In this document: in pieces, positions 1-10,104 of the stretch
Layout of the letters: each line of letters starts with the position of its first letter
Position numbering within the stretch: the first letter of the stretch is position 1
Assembly: GCA_965240465.1 (NCBI GenBank)
Contig: OZ251219.1
Span: 704,001-768,000, forward strand
Length of the DNA: 64,000 nucleotides
DNA from: a bacterium
GTDB lineage: Bacteria > SAR324 > JACQKK01
Direction of reading: 5' to 3'
Translations under genes and position numbers: made by a program
The notes under the pieces: model-generated
Seen by the model: only the letters and a program-made list of their open reading frames with translations
Told to the model about the DNA's origin: nothing
Database searches by the model: none

Positions 1-485
1 GTGGTGCTGGTAATAGTGACTCTGTGGGCGGCTTGTTAGGATATATTGTGTTTGGAACCCTAAAAAACAGTTATTCCCTAAGTACTGTTGATGGGGGAGA
101 TGGGGAAGATAATATTGGCCGCTTGTTTGGTTATAAAGGAGGTGGTTCGTCTGGTACGATTGCGATTACCGGCAACTATTACGATAGTGCTACTAGCAAA
201 CTGGTTTTCAGTACCGCAGACACCATATTAGCCCTTGTAAACACCGAGGCTAAGGGCAAAACCAACGCTGAGATGAGAGCCTTGACTGCTACCATCACCG
301 AAGATGACTTTGCAGGTGATAATAATGGCTGGAGTACTAACAACTGGAAATTCACTGCTGACAAATACCCCAGCCTGAAGTCCTACAAGGTGGATGCCAA
401 CGATGCCCAAATCGCAGGCACTCTACTCTGCGGGCAATTACCCGTGGCTGACTTCGTTCAGTGTCCCCCCCCCACTACGCCTTAG
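1..485 (+). CDS. 3' part of GLUG-repeat surface protein (array gene A, starts before the window)
   Basis: Frame open from the window edge (GAGNSDSVGGLLG...). Ends with the array's shared C-terminal module KYPSLKSY...LLCGQLPVADFVQCPPPTTP. Confidence 0.85.
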   Translation, partial: GAGNSDSVGGLLGYIVFGTLKNSYSLSTVDGGDGEDNIGRLFGYKGGGSSGTIAITGNYYDSATSKLVFSTADTILALVNTEAKGKTNAEMRALTATITEDDFAGDNNGWSTNNWKFTADKYPSLKSYKVDANDAQIAGTLLCGQLPVADFVQCPPPTTP

Positions 486-600
486 GCTAGACCCCCCCCT
501 CCCCGACTGCTTGAAAAATAGAGCAAACCATTCTTCTGGGAGTGAGTACTACTCACTCCCTTTTTCTTTTTGGGGACTGCGTTTTGCTCTTTTAAGCACT
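486..600 (+). repeat. Intergenic array element copy 1 (poly-C, GACTGCTTGAAAAA, 23-bp palindrome plus T-tract)
   Basis: GGGAGTGAGT-act-ACTCACTCCC at 538-560 followed by tttttcttttt. Recurs at ~4424, ~6429, ~11932 and ~12861. Confidence 0.9.
538..571 (+). terminator. Rho-independent terminator-like hairpin plus U-tract (also at 4471, 6484, 12010, 12903)
   Basis: 10-11 bp perfect GC-rich stem directly followed by a T-rich run, downstream of stop codons. Confidence 0.75.
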
Positions 601-659
601 TGATAAACTTATCGCCAATGAAGTTCTGGCTGACTGTGTTCAGTGTGTAACCATTAAAC

Positions 660-688
660 TTGACAGTAGCTAATTTGTGGTGCATAAT
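660..688 (+). promoter_or_regulatory. sigma70-type promoter for array gene B
   Basis: TTGACA (660-665), 17 bp, CATAAT (683-688). Identical copy at 6606-6634. Confidence 0.65.
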
Positions 689-799
689 AGGCGGTCTGGA
701 TTGTCTAGTGCTCTAAGGTACATCACCCTAAGGCACATCAATTTGTGGCGGTTTATGTTAGATCATATCAGTCAAAATTAACGAATAGTAGGAAACTCA

Positions 800-3700
800 A
801 TGAAAAAATTATCATTACTCTCAAGCATTTTTGTTATCACTCTGTTCTTAGCCAGCTGTGGCGGTAGTGAAGATAAGAAAGATGGCGGTAGCGAAGATAA
901 GAAAGGTGTTGTAGACCCTGTTACCGTTACTGATGCCGATGGCGATGGCATAGTCGACGATGATGACGATTGCGACAGTAGCCGCGAAGGATTCAAAAGT
1001 AATGACAACACTGACTACGATGGCGACGGCTGCGAAGATGACAGCACCGAAGACACCGATGACGACAATGATGAGGTAGACGACGGTGATGACGAGTGCC
1101 AAACAAGCATAAACTCCAACTTTGTCAGCGTTAGCACCAGCCCTGGCACTATCAACGACTACGATGGCGACGGCTGCGAAGATGACAGCACCGAAGACAC
1201 CGATGACGACAATGATAAGGTAGACGACGGTGATGACGAGTGCCAAACAAGCATAAACTCCAACTTTGTCAGCGTTAGCACCAGCCCTGGCACTATCAAC
1301 GACTACGATGGCGACGGCTGCGAAGATGACAGCACCGAAGACACCGATGACGACAATGATGAAGTAGACGACGGTGATGACGAGTGCCAAACAAGCATAA
1401 ACTCCAACTTTGTCAGCGTTAGCACCAGCCCTGGCACTATCAACGACTACGATGGCGACGGCTGCGAAGATGACAGCACCGAAGACACCGATGACGACAA
1501 TGATGAGGTAGACGACGATGATGACGAGTGCCAAATAAGCATAAACTCCAACTTTGTCAGCGTTAGCACCAGCCCTGGCACTATCAACGACTACGATGGC
1601 GACGGCTGCGAAGATGACAGCACCGAAGACACCGATGACGACAATGATGAGGTAGACGACGATGATGACAGGTGCCAAACAAGCATAAACTCCAACTTTG
1701 TCAGCGTTAGCACCAGCCCTGGCACTATCAACGACTACGATGGCGACGGCTGCGAAGATGCTGGCGAAGACAAAGATGACGACGACGACGGTCTGATAGA
1801 AATTGCCACTGCCAAGCAGCTGAACAAAATCCGCTATCGGCTGGATGGCACTCTCTACGACGAAGAAGAACTTGATGGCAGCGGTTATGAAGGTTCTAAT
1901 ACTGGCTGTCCCACCGCAGGTTGCAATGGCTATGAACTAATCAATGACATTTATTTAGCAGACCCGGTTGGTACTGCTACTGGCAACTTTGAACCCGTTG
2001 GATTCTTAAGCAGTCCTTTCACGGCTATCTTTGAAGGCAATGGCAACACCATCAGCAACCTAATTATTAGCAATGGCACTAGATACGTCGGTTTCTTTGG
2101 AATCTTGGGTGCTGATAGCGAAGTCCGAAACTTGTCCTTTGCAAAAAGTGCAACGGGTGCAGGTTCAGTTACCAGTGTCAACATTGCCTCTTCTAATACT
2201 GACTCTGGTAGAGTGGGAACCCTGGCAGGGAAGAATGAAGGAACGATATCCAATGTTTCCACTGATATCTCTGTTTCCGTTGATCTCGATACCCTCGTTA
2301 CTGGTTCCAAGCAGGTAGGTGGCTTGGTAGGTGAGAGTAATGGTATCATACAAAACAGTCGAGCCACTGGAAATGTCAGCGGCGGTAATGGTAATGACGA
2401 TGTAGGTGGCTTGGTAGGTTATGCTGCTTTTGGTGCTAGTATCCGAAACAGTTATACTACCAACTCTGTCAGCGGCAGTAGTGGTGGTGACAACGTAGGT
2501 GGCTTAGTGGGAAATGCTTCTTACGTTATTAATAACAGTTACACGATCGGTTCTGTCAACGGTGATGGTGGTGATGACAAAGTAGGTGGCTTAGTGGGAA
2601 TTGGATTGGTATCAATAACGAACAGCTACTCCATAGCCACTGTTGATGGGGGTGACGGAACCGATATTGTCGGTCGCTTAGCTACCCCTTCTTTGTCTAC
2701 TTTCAGTGTTAATAACAGCTATTATGATGGGGATAGCAACCTGACGGGAGAGACCGTCCAAACCTTTGGGATCGGCAAAACCAAAGCCCAACTAAAAGTC
2801 ATCACCCCGGATATCCCCACTACTGATAGTGCTTGCAATGCGGTTGGTGGAACTTTTTCTTCTAATATATGTGATGACGGCAATCTAGATAGCTGGAGTA
2901 CCTATGACTTTAATTTCACTGACGGCAAATACCCCAGCCTGAAGTCTTATGAGACTACCACTGATACCAGCACCAACCCCCCTACAGTCACCCAAGTTAC
3001 GGGCAGTCTACTCTGTGGGCAATTACCCGAAGCTGACTTCGTTCAGTGTGGCTCTGCCCCCCCCACGCCTCCTGTTACTTCTACCGATGCCGATACTGAT
3101 GGCATAGCCGACGACATTGATGTGGATGATGACAACAACGGTCTGATAGAACTCACCGCTACTACCCTAACCAACATCCGCTACCAACTGGACGGCACTA
3201 CCTATAAAATAAATGCCAGCGATACAGGCTCTACCATGGGTTGTTCTACTGTTGATCCCATAGGTTGCAATGGCTATGAAATAACCAATGACATTGATCT
3301 TGTTGGCAACTTTGAACCCGTTGCAGGGAATTTCACCGCTATATTTGACGGCAATAATAATACCATCAATGACCTAACCATTGACAATAGCACTCAGTAC
3401 ACTGGCTTCTTCACTACGGTGGCTTCTGCTGGTGAAGTAAGAAGTATAAACTTTGTTGGTGGCTCAATCACCAGTAGCTTTGGCAATTATGGCTATGTGG
3501 GAGTTCTGGCAGGCAAGAATGAGGGAACAGTATCCGATATTTCTGCCAATCTTTCGGTTTCTTCTGTTGGTGCGGGCCCAAATAACAATACAGGTGGCTT
3601 GATAGGCGAAAATAGTGGTATCCTGCAGGACAGCCAATCTTCTGGCAATATCAGCGGCGGTACCGGTGACAGTGATAAGGTGGGTGGCTTGGTAGGTTCC

Positions 3701-4423
3701 AATAATGGTGGCACCATCCAAAACAGCCGAGCCACTGGCAATGCCAGCGGCGGTACTGGTAACGGTGATAGTGTGGGTGGCTTGGTAGGTGCAAATAAAT
3801 CCAGTAGTAGCATTCGAAACAGTTATGCGATCGGTTCTGCCAAGGGTAATGCTGGTAATGGTGATAGTGTGGGTGGCTTGGTAGGTACCAACACTGGTGG
3901 TAGCATCCAGAACAGTTATGCGATCGGTTCTGCCAACGGTGGTGATGGTGATGACTATGTGGGTGGCTTAGTGGGACTTATTATTCAAGGAACCATCCAA
4001 AACAATTATGCCTTAGGCGATGTGGATGGGGGCAATGGAGCAACCAGTGATAGTGTGGGTCGCTTAATTGGTGGGGAGCAGCTTAGTACGATTTCAGGTA
4101 ACTATTTTGATGAGAATAGTGGATTAATTGGTAAGGAAGAAGAAACCTTTGTAGCTTCCAAAGCTCTGGGCAAAACCAGCGACCAGCTGAAAGCCATCAA
4201 CAATGTTGCCCCCACTACTGATACTACTTGCACTAGTGCTGGGGGAACTTGGGATGGCACTGCATGCACCAATGGGCATCTGGACTTTAATACCAACAAC
4301 TGGGATTTCACTGCTGACAAATACCCCAGCCTGAAGTCCTACAAAGAAGATGCTAGCGATACCCAAATCGCAGGCACTCTACTCTGTAACCAACCCACCG
4401 ACTTCGTTCAGTGTACGCCTTAG
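800..4423 (+). CDS. Large surface lipoprotein (gene B): Asp-rich thrombospondin-type-3-like Ca-binding repeats plus two GLUG-repeat domains
   Basis: MKK+hydrophobic+LASC lipobox, DxDGDGCED repeats, many xVGGLVG...NSYA motifs, 1207 aa. Confidence 0.85.
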   Translation: MKKLSLLSSIFVITLFLASCGGSEDKKDGGSEDKKGVVDPVTVTDADGDGIVDDDDDCDSSREGFKSNDNTDYDGDGCEDDSTEDTDDDNDEVDDGDDECQTSINSNFVSVSTSPGTINDYDGDGCEDDSTEDTDDDNDKVDDGDDECQTSINSNFVSVSTSPGTINDYDGDGCEDDSTEDTDDDNDEVDDGDDECQTSINSNFVSVSTSPGTINDYDGDGCEDDSTEDTDDDNDEVDDDDDECQISINSNFVSVSTSPGTINDYDGDGCEDDSTEDTDDDNDEVDDDDDRCQTSINSNFVSVSTSPGTINDYDGDGCEDAGEDKDDDDDGLIEIATAKQLNKIRYRLDGTLYDEEELDGSGYEGSNTGCPTAGCNGYELINDIYLADPVGTATGNFEPVGFLSSPFTAIFEGNGNTISNLIISNGTRYVGFFGILGADSEVRNLSFAKSATGAGSVTSVNIASSNTDSGRVGTLAGKNEGTISNVSTDISVSVDLDTLVTGSKQVGGLVGESNGIIQNSRATGNVSGGNGNDDVGGLVGYAAFGASIRNSYTTNSVSGSSGGDNVGGLVGNASYVINNSYTIGSVNGDGGDDKVGGLVGIGLVSITNSYSIATVDGGDGTDIVGRLATPSLSTFSVNNSYYDGDSNLTGETVQTFGIGKTKAQLKVITPDIPTTDSACNAVGGTFSSNICDDGNLDSWSTYDFNFTDGKYPSLKSYETTTDTSTNPPTVTQVTGSLLCGQLPEADFVQCGSAPPTPPVTSTDADTDGIADDIDVDDDNNGLIELTATTLTNIRYQLDGTTYKINASDTGSTMGCSTVDPIGCNGYEITNDIDLVGNFEPVAGNFTAIFDGNNNTINDLTIDNSTQYTGFFTTVASAGEVRSINFVGGSITSSFGNYGYVGVLAGKNEGTVSDISANLSVSSVGAGPNNNTGGLIGENSGILQDSQSSGNISGGTGDSDKVGGLVGSNNGGTIQNSRATGNASGGTGNGDSVGGLVGANKSSSSIRNSYAIGSAKGNAGNGDSVGGLVGTNTGGSIQNSYAIGSANGGDGDDYVGGLVGLIIQGTIQNNYALGDVDGGNGATSDSVGRLIGGEQLSTISGNYFDENSGLIGKEEETFVASKALGKTSDQLKAINNVAPTTDTTCTSAGGTWDGTACTNGHLDFNTNNWDFTADKYPSLKSYKEDASDTQIAGTLLCNQPTDFVQCTP
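1013..1760 (+). repeat. 144-bp (48-aa) in-frame tandem repeat, 5 full copies plus a partial
   Basis: Units begin at 1013, 1157, 1301, 1445, 1589 and 1733 and encode DYDGDGCEDDSTEDTDDDNDEVDD...SPGTIN. Confidence 0.95.
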
Positions 4424-4525
4424 GCTAGCCCTCCCCCGACTGCTTGAAAAATAGAGCAGACCATTTTTCTGGGAGTGAGTACTACTCACTCCCTTTTTCT
4501 TTTTGGGGACTGCGTTTTGCTCTCT
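4424..4525 (+). repeat. Intergenic array element copy 2
   Basis: Palindrome at 4471-4493 with the same flanks as copy 1. Confidence 0.9.
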
Positions 4526-4537
4526 TATAAAGAGATA

Positions 4538-4566
4538 TTGACACTAATTAAATTTGGTTATAGAAT
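4538..4566 (+). promoter_or_regulatory. sigma70-type promoter for array gene C
   Basis: TTGACA (4538-4543), 17 bp, TAGAAT (4561-4566). Confidence 0.7.
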
Positions 4567-4619
4567 GATCCGCATCAGCTCGTGGTAATTCTATCAACTA
4601 AATTAAGGGGGGAATACTC

Positions 4620-6428
4620 ATGAAAAAATTAACATCACTCTCAAGTATTTTAATGCTCACTCTGTTCTTAGCCAGCTGTGGCAGTAGCAAAGAGAAGAAA
4701 GATGTAGATACCGATGGCGATGGAATCAACGATTTCAAGACAGATGGCATCACCGAGAAAGACAAATGCCGAACAAGCCGAAACCCCGATTTTGTTAGCA
4801 GTCCCACCAACGACTACGATGGCGACGGTTGCGAAGACAGCACGGAAGACACCGATGACGACAATGATGGGATCAACGATGTTGATGCAAGCAACAACAC
4901 GCTAGATAAATGCCAACTAAGCGAAGACACCACCTTTAGAAGCACTGCCACCAACGACCGCGATCGCGACGGTTGCGAAGATGCTGGCGAAGACAAAGAT
5001 GACGACAATGATGGGATCAACGATGTTGATGCAGGCAACAACTTGCTAGATGAATGCCCCGAAGGCATAATTGGCATCGGAAATGACCTAGATAACGATG
5101 GCTGTAAAAACTCCAAAGACACCGATGATGACGGCGATAGAGTGCTTGACACTGTTGATGCCTGTCCCAGAGGCATAATTGGCACCAACGATCCCGATGC
5201 TGACAGCGACGGCTGTAAAGATTCAGTGGATGTTGATGATAACGGTAACGGTCTAATAGAAATTGCCACTGTTGAGGAGCTAAAGAACATCCGCTACCAA
5301 CTGGACGGCACTAGCTATAAAACAAGTAACACCGATGCAGGCTCTAATGCGGGTTGTTCTACTGCTGATCCCCTAGGTTGCAATGGCTATGAACTAATCG
5401 GGGACATTGATTTAGCAGACCTGATTAGTCCTGCTGTCAGCAACTTTGAGCCCATTGGACCATTAGGCAGTCCTTTTACGGCTATCTTTGAAGGTAATAA
5501 CTATACCATCGGCAACCTAATCATTAGCAATGACGCCAGATGCGTCGGTTTCTTTGGAGTCTTGGGTGCTGATAGCGAAGTCCGAAACTTGTCCTTTGCA
5601 AAAAGTGCAAAAAGTGCAACTGGCACAGGTTCAGTTATCAGTAGCAACGTCACCACTGGTAGTGTTAACTTTGGCAGAGTGGGAACCCTGGTAGGCGAAA
5701 ATAAAGGAACAATATCCAATGTTTCCACTGCTATCCCTGTTTCCGTTGATGTTTCCGTTACTGGTACCAAGCTGGTAGGCGGCTTGGTAGGTGAGAATAG
5801 TGCTGGTACCATACAAAACAGCCGAGCTACTGGAAATGTCACAGGCGGTAGTGGTGATGACAGAGTAGGTGGCTTGGTAGGTCAAGGTAAGGTCAAAAAC
5901 AGTTATGCTACCAACTTTGTCAACGGCGGTAGTGGTAATGACAGAGTAGGTGGCTTAGTGGGATTATCTTTTGGCATTAATAACAGTTATGCGACTGGTT
6001 CTGTCAACGGTGGTGAGGGTGATGACGAAGTAGGTGGCTTGGCGGGAGCTGGAGCAGCTATAACGAACAGCTACTCCATAGCCACTGTTGATGGGGGTGA
6101 GGGAGCCGATAAAATCAGTCACTTAGCTACCAGTATTGTGCAGGGTGCGAATACTGTTACTAGCAGCTATTATGATGATGATAATAGCAAACTGACGGGA
6201 GAAATCGTCCAAACCTTTGGGACTGGCAAAACCAGCCCCGAATTAAAAAAATTGACTGATACCAATACGAGCTGGAGTACTAACGACTGGAAATTCACTG
6301 CTGACAAATACCCCAGCCTGAAGTCCTACAAAGAAGATGCTAGCAATACCCAAATCGCAGGCACTCTACTCTGCGGGCAATTACCCGTGGCTGACTTCGT
6401 TCAGTGTCCCCCCCCCACTACGCCTTAG
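4620..6428 (+). CDS. Surface lipoprotein (gene C): Asp-rich repeats plus one GLUG-repeat domain
   Basis: LASC lipobox, DxDxDG repeats, VGGLVG motifs, shared C-terminal module. Confidence 0.85.
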   Translation: MKKLTSLSSILMLTLFLASCGSSKEKKDVDTDGDGINDFKTDGITEKDKCRTSRNPDFVSSPTNDYDGDGCEDSTEDTDDDNDGINDVDASNNTLDKCQLSEDTTFRSTATNDRDRDGCEDAGEDKDDDNDGINDVDAGNNLLDECPEGIIGIGNDLDNDGCKNSKDTDDDGDRVLDTVDACPRGIIGTNDPDADSDGCKDSVDVDDNGNGLIEIATVEELKNIRYQLDGTSYKTSNTDAGSNAGCSTADPLGCNGYELIGDIDLADLISPAVSNFEPIGPLGSPFTAIFEGNNYTIGNLIISNDARCVGFFGVLGADSEVRNLSFAKSAKSATGTGSVISSNVTTGSVNFGRVGTLVGENKGTISNVSTAIPVSVDVSVTGTKLVGGLVGENSAGTIQNSRATGNVTGGSGDDRVGGLVGQGKVKNSYATNFVNGGSGNDRVGGLVGLSFGINNSYATGSVNGGEGDDEVGGLAGAGAAITNSYSIATVDGGEGADKISHLATSIVQGANTVTSSYYDDDNSKLTGEIVQTFGTGKTSPELKKLTDTNTSWSTNDWKFTADKYPSLKSYKEDASNTQIAGTLLCGQLPVADFVQCPPPTTP

Positions 6429-6546
6429 GCTAGACCCCCCCCCCCTCCCCGACTGCTTGAAAAATAGAGCAAACCATTCTTCTGGGAGTGAGTTATACTC
6501 ACTCCCTTTCTTTTTTTGGGGACTGCATTTTGCTCTTTTAAGCACT
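6429..6546 (+). repeat. Intergenic array element copy 3
   Basis: Palindrome GGGAGTGAGT-tat-ACTCACTCCC at 6484-6506. The whole intergenic region is nearly identical to 486-799. Confidence 0.9.
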
Positions 6547-6745
6547 TGATAAACTTATCGCCAATGAAGTTCTGGCTGACTGTGTTCAGTGTGTAACCAT
6601 TAAACTTGACAGTAGCTAATTTGTGGTGCATAATAGGCGGTCTGGATTGTCTAGTGCTCTAAGGTACATCACCCTAAGGCACATCAATTTGTGGCGGTTT
6701 ATGTTAGATCATATCAGTCAAAATTAACGAATAGTAGGAAACTCA

Positions 6746-9700
6746 ATGAAAAAATTATCATTACTCTCAAGCATTTTTGTTATCACTCTGTTCTTAGCCA
6801 GCTGTGGCGGTAGTGAAGATAAGAAAGATGGCGGTAGCGAAGATAAGAAAGGTGTTGTAGACCCTGTTACCGTTACTGATGCCGATGGCGATGGCGTAGT
6901 CGACGATGATGACGATTGCGACAGTAGCCGCGAAGGATTCAAAAGTAATGACAACACTGACTACGATGGCGACGGCTGCGAAGATGACAGCACCGAAGAC
7001 ACCGATGACGACAATGATGAAGTAGACGACGGTGATGACGAGTGCCAAACAAGCATAAACTCCAACTTTGTCAGCGTTAGCACCAGCCCTGGCACTATCA
7101 ACGACTACGATGGCGACGGCTGCGAAGATGACAGCACCGAAGACACCGATGACGACAATGATGAGGTAGACGACGATGATGACGAGTGCCAAACAAGCAT
7201 AAACTCCAACTTTGTCAGCAGTGCCACCAATGACCGCGATAATGACGGTTGCGAAGATGCTGGCGAAGACAAAGATGACGACGACGACGGTCTAATAGAA
7301 CTCACCGCTACTACCCTAACCAACATCCGCTACCAACTGGACGGCACTACCTATAAAATAAATGCCAGCGATACAGGCTCTACCATGGGTTGTTCTACTG
7401 TTGATCCCATAGGTTGCAATGGCTATGAAATAACCAATGACATTGATCTTGTTGGCAACTTTGAACCCGTTGCAGGGAATTTCACCGCTATATTTGACGG
7501 CAATAATAATACCATCAATGACCTAACCATTGACAATAGCACTCAGTACACTGGCTTCTTCACTACGGTGGCTTCTGCTGGTGAAGTAAGAAGTATAAAC
7601 TTTGTTGGTGGCTCAATCACCAGTAGCTTTGGCAATTATGGCTATGTGGGAGTTCTGGCAGGCAAGAATGAGGGAACAGTATCCGATATTTCTGCCAATC
7701 TTTCGGTTTCTTCTGTTGGTGCGGGCCCAAATAACAATACAGGTGGCTTGATAGGCGAAAATAGTGGTATCCTGCAGGACAGCCAATCTTCTGGCAATAT
7801 CAGCGGCGGTACCGGTGACAGTGATAATGTGGGTGGCTTGGTAGGTTCCAATAATGGTGGCACCATCCAAAACAGCCGAGCCACTGGCAATGCCAGCGGC
7901 GGTACTGGTAACGGTGATAGTGTGGGTGGCTTGGTAGGTGCAAATAAATCCAGTAGTAGCATTCGAAACAGTTATGCGATCGGTTCTGCCAAGGGTAATG
8001 CTGGTAATGGTGATAGTGTGGGTGGCTTGGTAGGTACCAACACTGGTGGTAGCATCCAGAACAGTTATGCGATCGGTTCTGCCAACGGTGGTGATGGTGA
8101 TGACTATGTGGGTGGCTTAGTGGGACTTATTATTCAAGGAACCATCCTGAACAGTTATGCCTTAGGCGATGTGGATGGGGGCAATGGAGCAACCAGTGAT
8201 AGTGTGGGTCGCTTAATTGGTGGGGAGCAGCTTAGTACGATTTCAGGTAACTATTTTGATGAGAATAGTGGATTAATTGGTAAGGAAGAAAAAACCTTTG
8301 TAGCTTCCAAAGCTCTGGGCAAAACCAGCGACCAGCTGAAAGCCATCAACAATGTTGCCCCCACTACTGATACTACTTGCACTAGTGCTGGGGGAACTTG
8401 GGATGGCACTGCATGCACCGATGGGCATCTGAACCTTAGTACCAACAACTGGGATTTCACTGCTGACAAATACCCCAGCCTGAAATCCTACAAGGTGAAT
8501 GCCAGCGATGTCCAAGTTGAGGGTGTTTTACTCTGTAACCAATCCACCGACTTCGTTCAATGTCCTATGCCTGAGGCCGATGCCGATGGCGATGGCGTAA
8601 CCGACGACATTGACGTGGATGATGACAACGACGGTCTAATAGAACTCACCACTACTACCCTAACCAACATCCGCTACCAACTGGACGGCACTACCTATAA
8701 AATAAATGCCAGCGATACAGGCTCTACCATGGGTTGTTCTACTGTTGATCCCATAGGTTGCAATGGCTATGAAATAACCAATGACATTGATCTTGTTGGC
8801 AACTTTGAACCCGTTGCAGGGGATTTCACCGCTATATTTGACGGCAATAATAATACCATCACTAACCTAACCATTAGCAATAGCTCCTCGCCCACGGGCT
8901 TTTTTGCGGTTCTGGGTACTAATAGCACAGTCAAAAACTTATCCTTTACCAGTGGTTCAATTGCTGGCAGCGGTGGTGATGACTACGTGGGTGTCCTGGC
9001 AGGCACTAATGATGGAACAATATTCAATGTTTCCGCTGATATCTCGGTTTCTGCTGGCGATGGTAGCGACACAGTGGGCGGCTTGGTAGGTAAGAATAGT
9101 AGTATTGGCACCATCGTAAACAGCTCTGCCACTGGCACTGCTGATGGCGATGCTGGTCATGATCGGATAGGTGGCTTGGTAGGGGTTAATGAAGGAACAA
9201 TCCAAAATAGCTCTGCCACTGGCACTGCTAATGGCGGTGGCGATAGTGATTATGGGATAGGTAGCTTGGTAGGGAATAATGAGGGAACAATCCAAAATAG
9301 CTATGCCACTGGCACTGCTAATGGCGGTGATGGTGCTGATGGTGGAATAGGTGGCTTGGTAGGGGATAATAGTAGTACTGGCACCATCAGAAATAGCTAT
9401 GCCACCGGCATTGCTAATGGCAATGATAGTGATGATGCTGGGACAGGTGGCTTGGTAGGGGTTAATGAAGGAACAATCCAAAATAGCTATGCCACTGGCA
9501 ATGCTAATGGCGGTGCGGGTACTGACTATGTAGGCGGTTTGGTAGGGGGGAATGTTAGTAATGGCACCATCAGAAATAGCTATTCCTTAGGTGCTGTTGA
9601 TGGGGGGGGGAATGCTAGTTCCGGTGGTGTTGGTAGATTGGTTGGCTATAAAGATATAGGAGTAATTATTACCGGCAACTATTATAATGATACTAGTAGC

Positions 9701-9964
9701 GTATCTAATGGAGCCGAACTAACCCTTGGTAACACCGAGGCCAAAGGCAAAACCCTTGCTCAACTAAAAGACTTGGATGCCGATGATACCGAAACTGACT
9801 TTGGTGCGAGCAATCGCTGGAATGAATTCAACTGGAATTTCACTGACACCAAATACCCCAGCCTGAAGTCCTACAAGGTGGATGCCAACGATGCCCAAAT
9901 CGCAGGCGATCTACTCTGTGGGCAATTACCCGTAGCTGACTTCGTTCAGTGTACCAGTCCCTAG
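6746..9964 (+). CDS. Surface lipoprotein (gene B'), mosaic paralog of gene B with two GLUG domains
   Basis: N-terminus almost identical to gene B. Segment 7289-8483 nearly identical to 3140-4334. Confidence 0.85.
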   Translation: MKKLSLLSSIFVITLFLASCGGSEDKKDGGSEDKKGVVDPVTVTDADGDGVVDDDDDCDSSREGFKSNDNTDYDGDGCEDDSTEDTDDDNDEVDDGDDECQTSINSNFVSVSTSPGTINDYDGDGCEDDSTEDTDDDNDEVDDDDDECQTSINSNFVSSATNDRDNDGCEDAGEDKDDDDDGLIELTATTLTNIRYQLDGTTYKINASDTGSTMGCSTVDPIGCNGYEITNDIDLVGNFEPVAGNFTAIFDGNNNTINDLTIDNSTQYTGFFTTVASAGEVRSINFVGGSITSSFGNYGYVGVLAGKNEGTVSDISANLSVSSVGAGPNNNTGGLIGENSGILQDSQSSGNISGGTGDSDNVGGLVGSNNGGTIQNSRATGNASGGTGNGDSVGGLVGANKSSSSIRNSYAIGSAKGNAGNGDSVGGLVGTNTGGSIQNSYAIGSANGGDGDDYVGGLVGLIIQGTILNSYALGDVDGGNGATSDSVGRLIGGEQLSTISGNYFDENSGLIGKEEKTFVASKALGKTSDQLKAINNVAPTTDTTCTSAGGTWDGTACTDGHLNLSTNNWDFTADKYPSLKSYKVNASDVQVEGVLLCNQSTDFVQCPMPEADADGDGVTDDIDVDDDNDGLIELTTTTLTNIRYQLDGTTYKINASDTGSTMGCSTVDPIGCNGYEITNDIDLVGNFEPVAGDFTAIFDGNNNTITNLTISNSSSPTGFFAVLGTNSTVKNLSFTSGSIAGSGGDDYVGVLAGTNDGTIFNVSADISVSAGDGSDTVGGLVGKNSSIGTIVNSSATGTADGDAGHDRIGGLVGVNEGTIQNSSATGTANGGGDSDYGIGSLVGNNEGTIQNSYATGTANGGDGADGGIGGLVGDNSSTGTIRNSYATGIANGNDSDDAGTGGLVGVNEGTIQNSYATGNANGGAGTDYVGGLVGGNVSNGTIRNSYSLGAVDGGGNASSGGVGRLVGYKDIGVIITGNYYNDTSSVSNGAELTLGNTEAKGKTLAQLKDLDADDTETDFGASNRWNEFNWNFTDTKYPSLKSYKVDANDAQIAGDLLCGQLPVADFVQCTSP

Positions 9965-10008
9965 GCTAGACCCCCCCCCCTCAATCCCCCAGACTGCCTT
10001 ATAGGAAC

Positions 10009-10037
10009 TTGACAACGCCCCCTCTGCCTGCCATGAT
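10009..10037 (+). promoter_or_regulatory. Possible sigma70 promoter for array gene D
   Basis: TTGACA (10009-10014), 17 bp, CATGAT (10032-10037). Confidence 0.5.
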
Positions 10038-10104
10038 AAAAACTGACGATTTCTCAAAGCTGGGGAATGCCCTAGCCTTTTACACCAATATCGGAGGATT
10101 TCTG

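Noticed and set aside
486-600. Integron attC sites between array genes
   Set aside because: No RYYYAAC/GTTRRRY ends recognised, the genes have their own candidate promoters, and no integron integrase is visible.
848-1678. 276-aa hydrophobic antisense ORF (and its copy at 6794-7192)
   Set aside because: Shadow of the GAC/GAT-rich repeat on the opposite strand.
3140-8483. Diversity-generating retroelement template/variable repeat pair
   Set aside because: Differences between the near-identical copies are not confined to adenines (G>T, G>A, T>C seen), and there is no reverse transcriptase in the window.
10009-10104. N-terminal extension of gene D given in the ORF track
   Set aside because: The TTG is part of the -35 box. 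The RBS and paralog-like signal peptide start at 10105.
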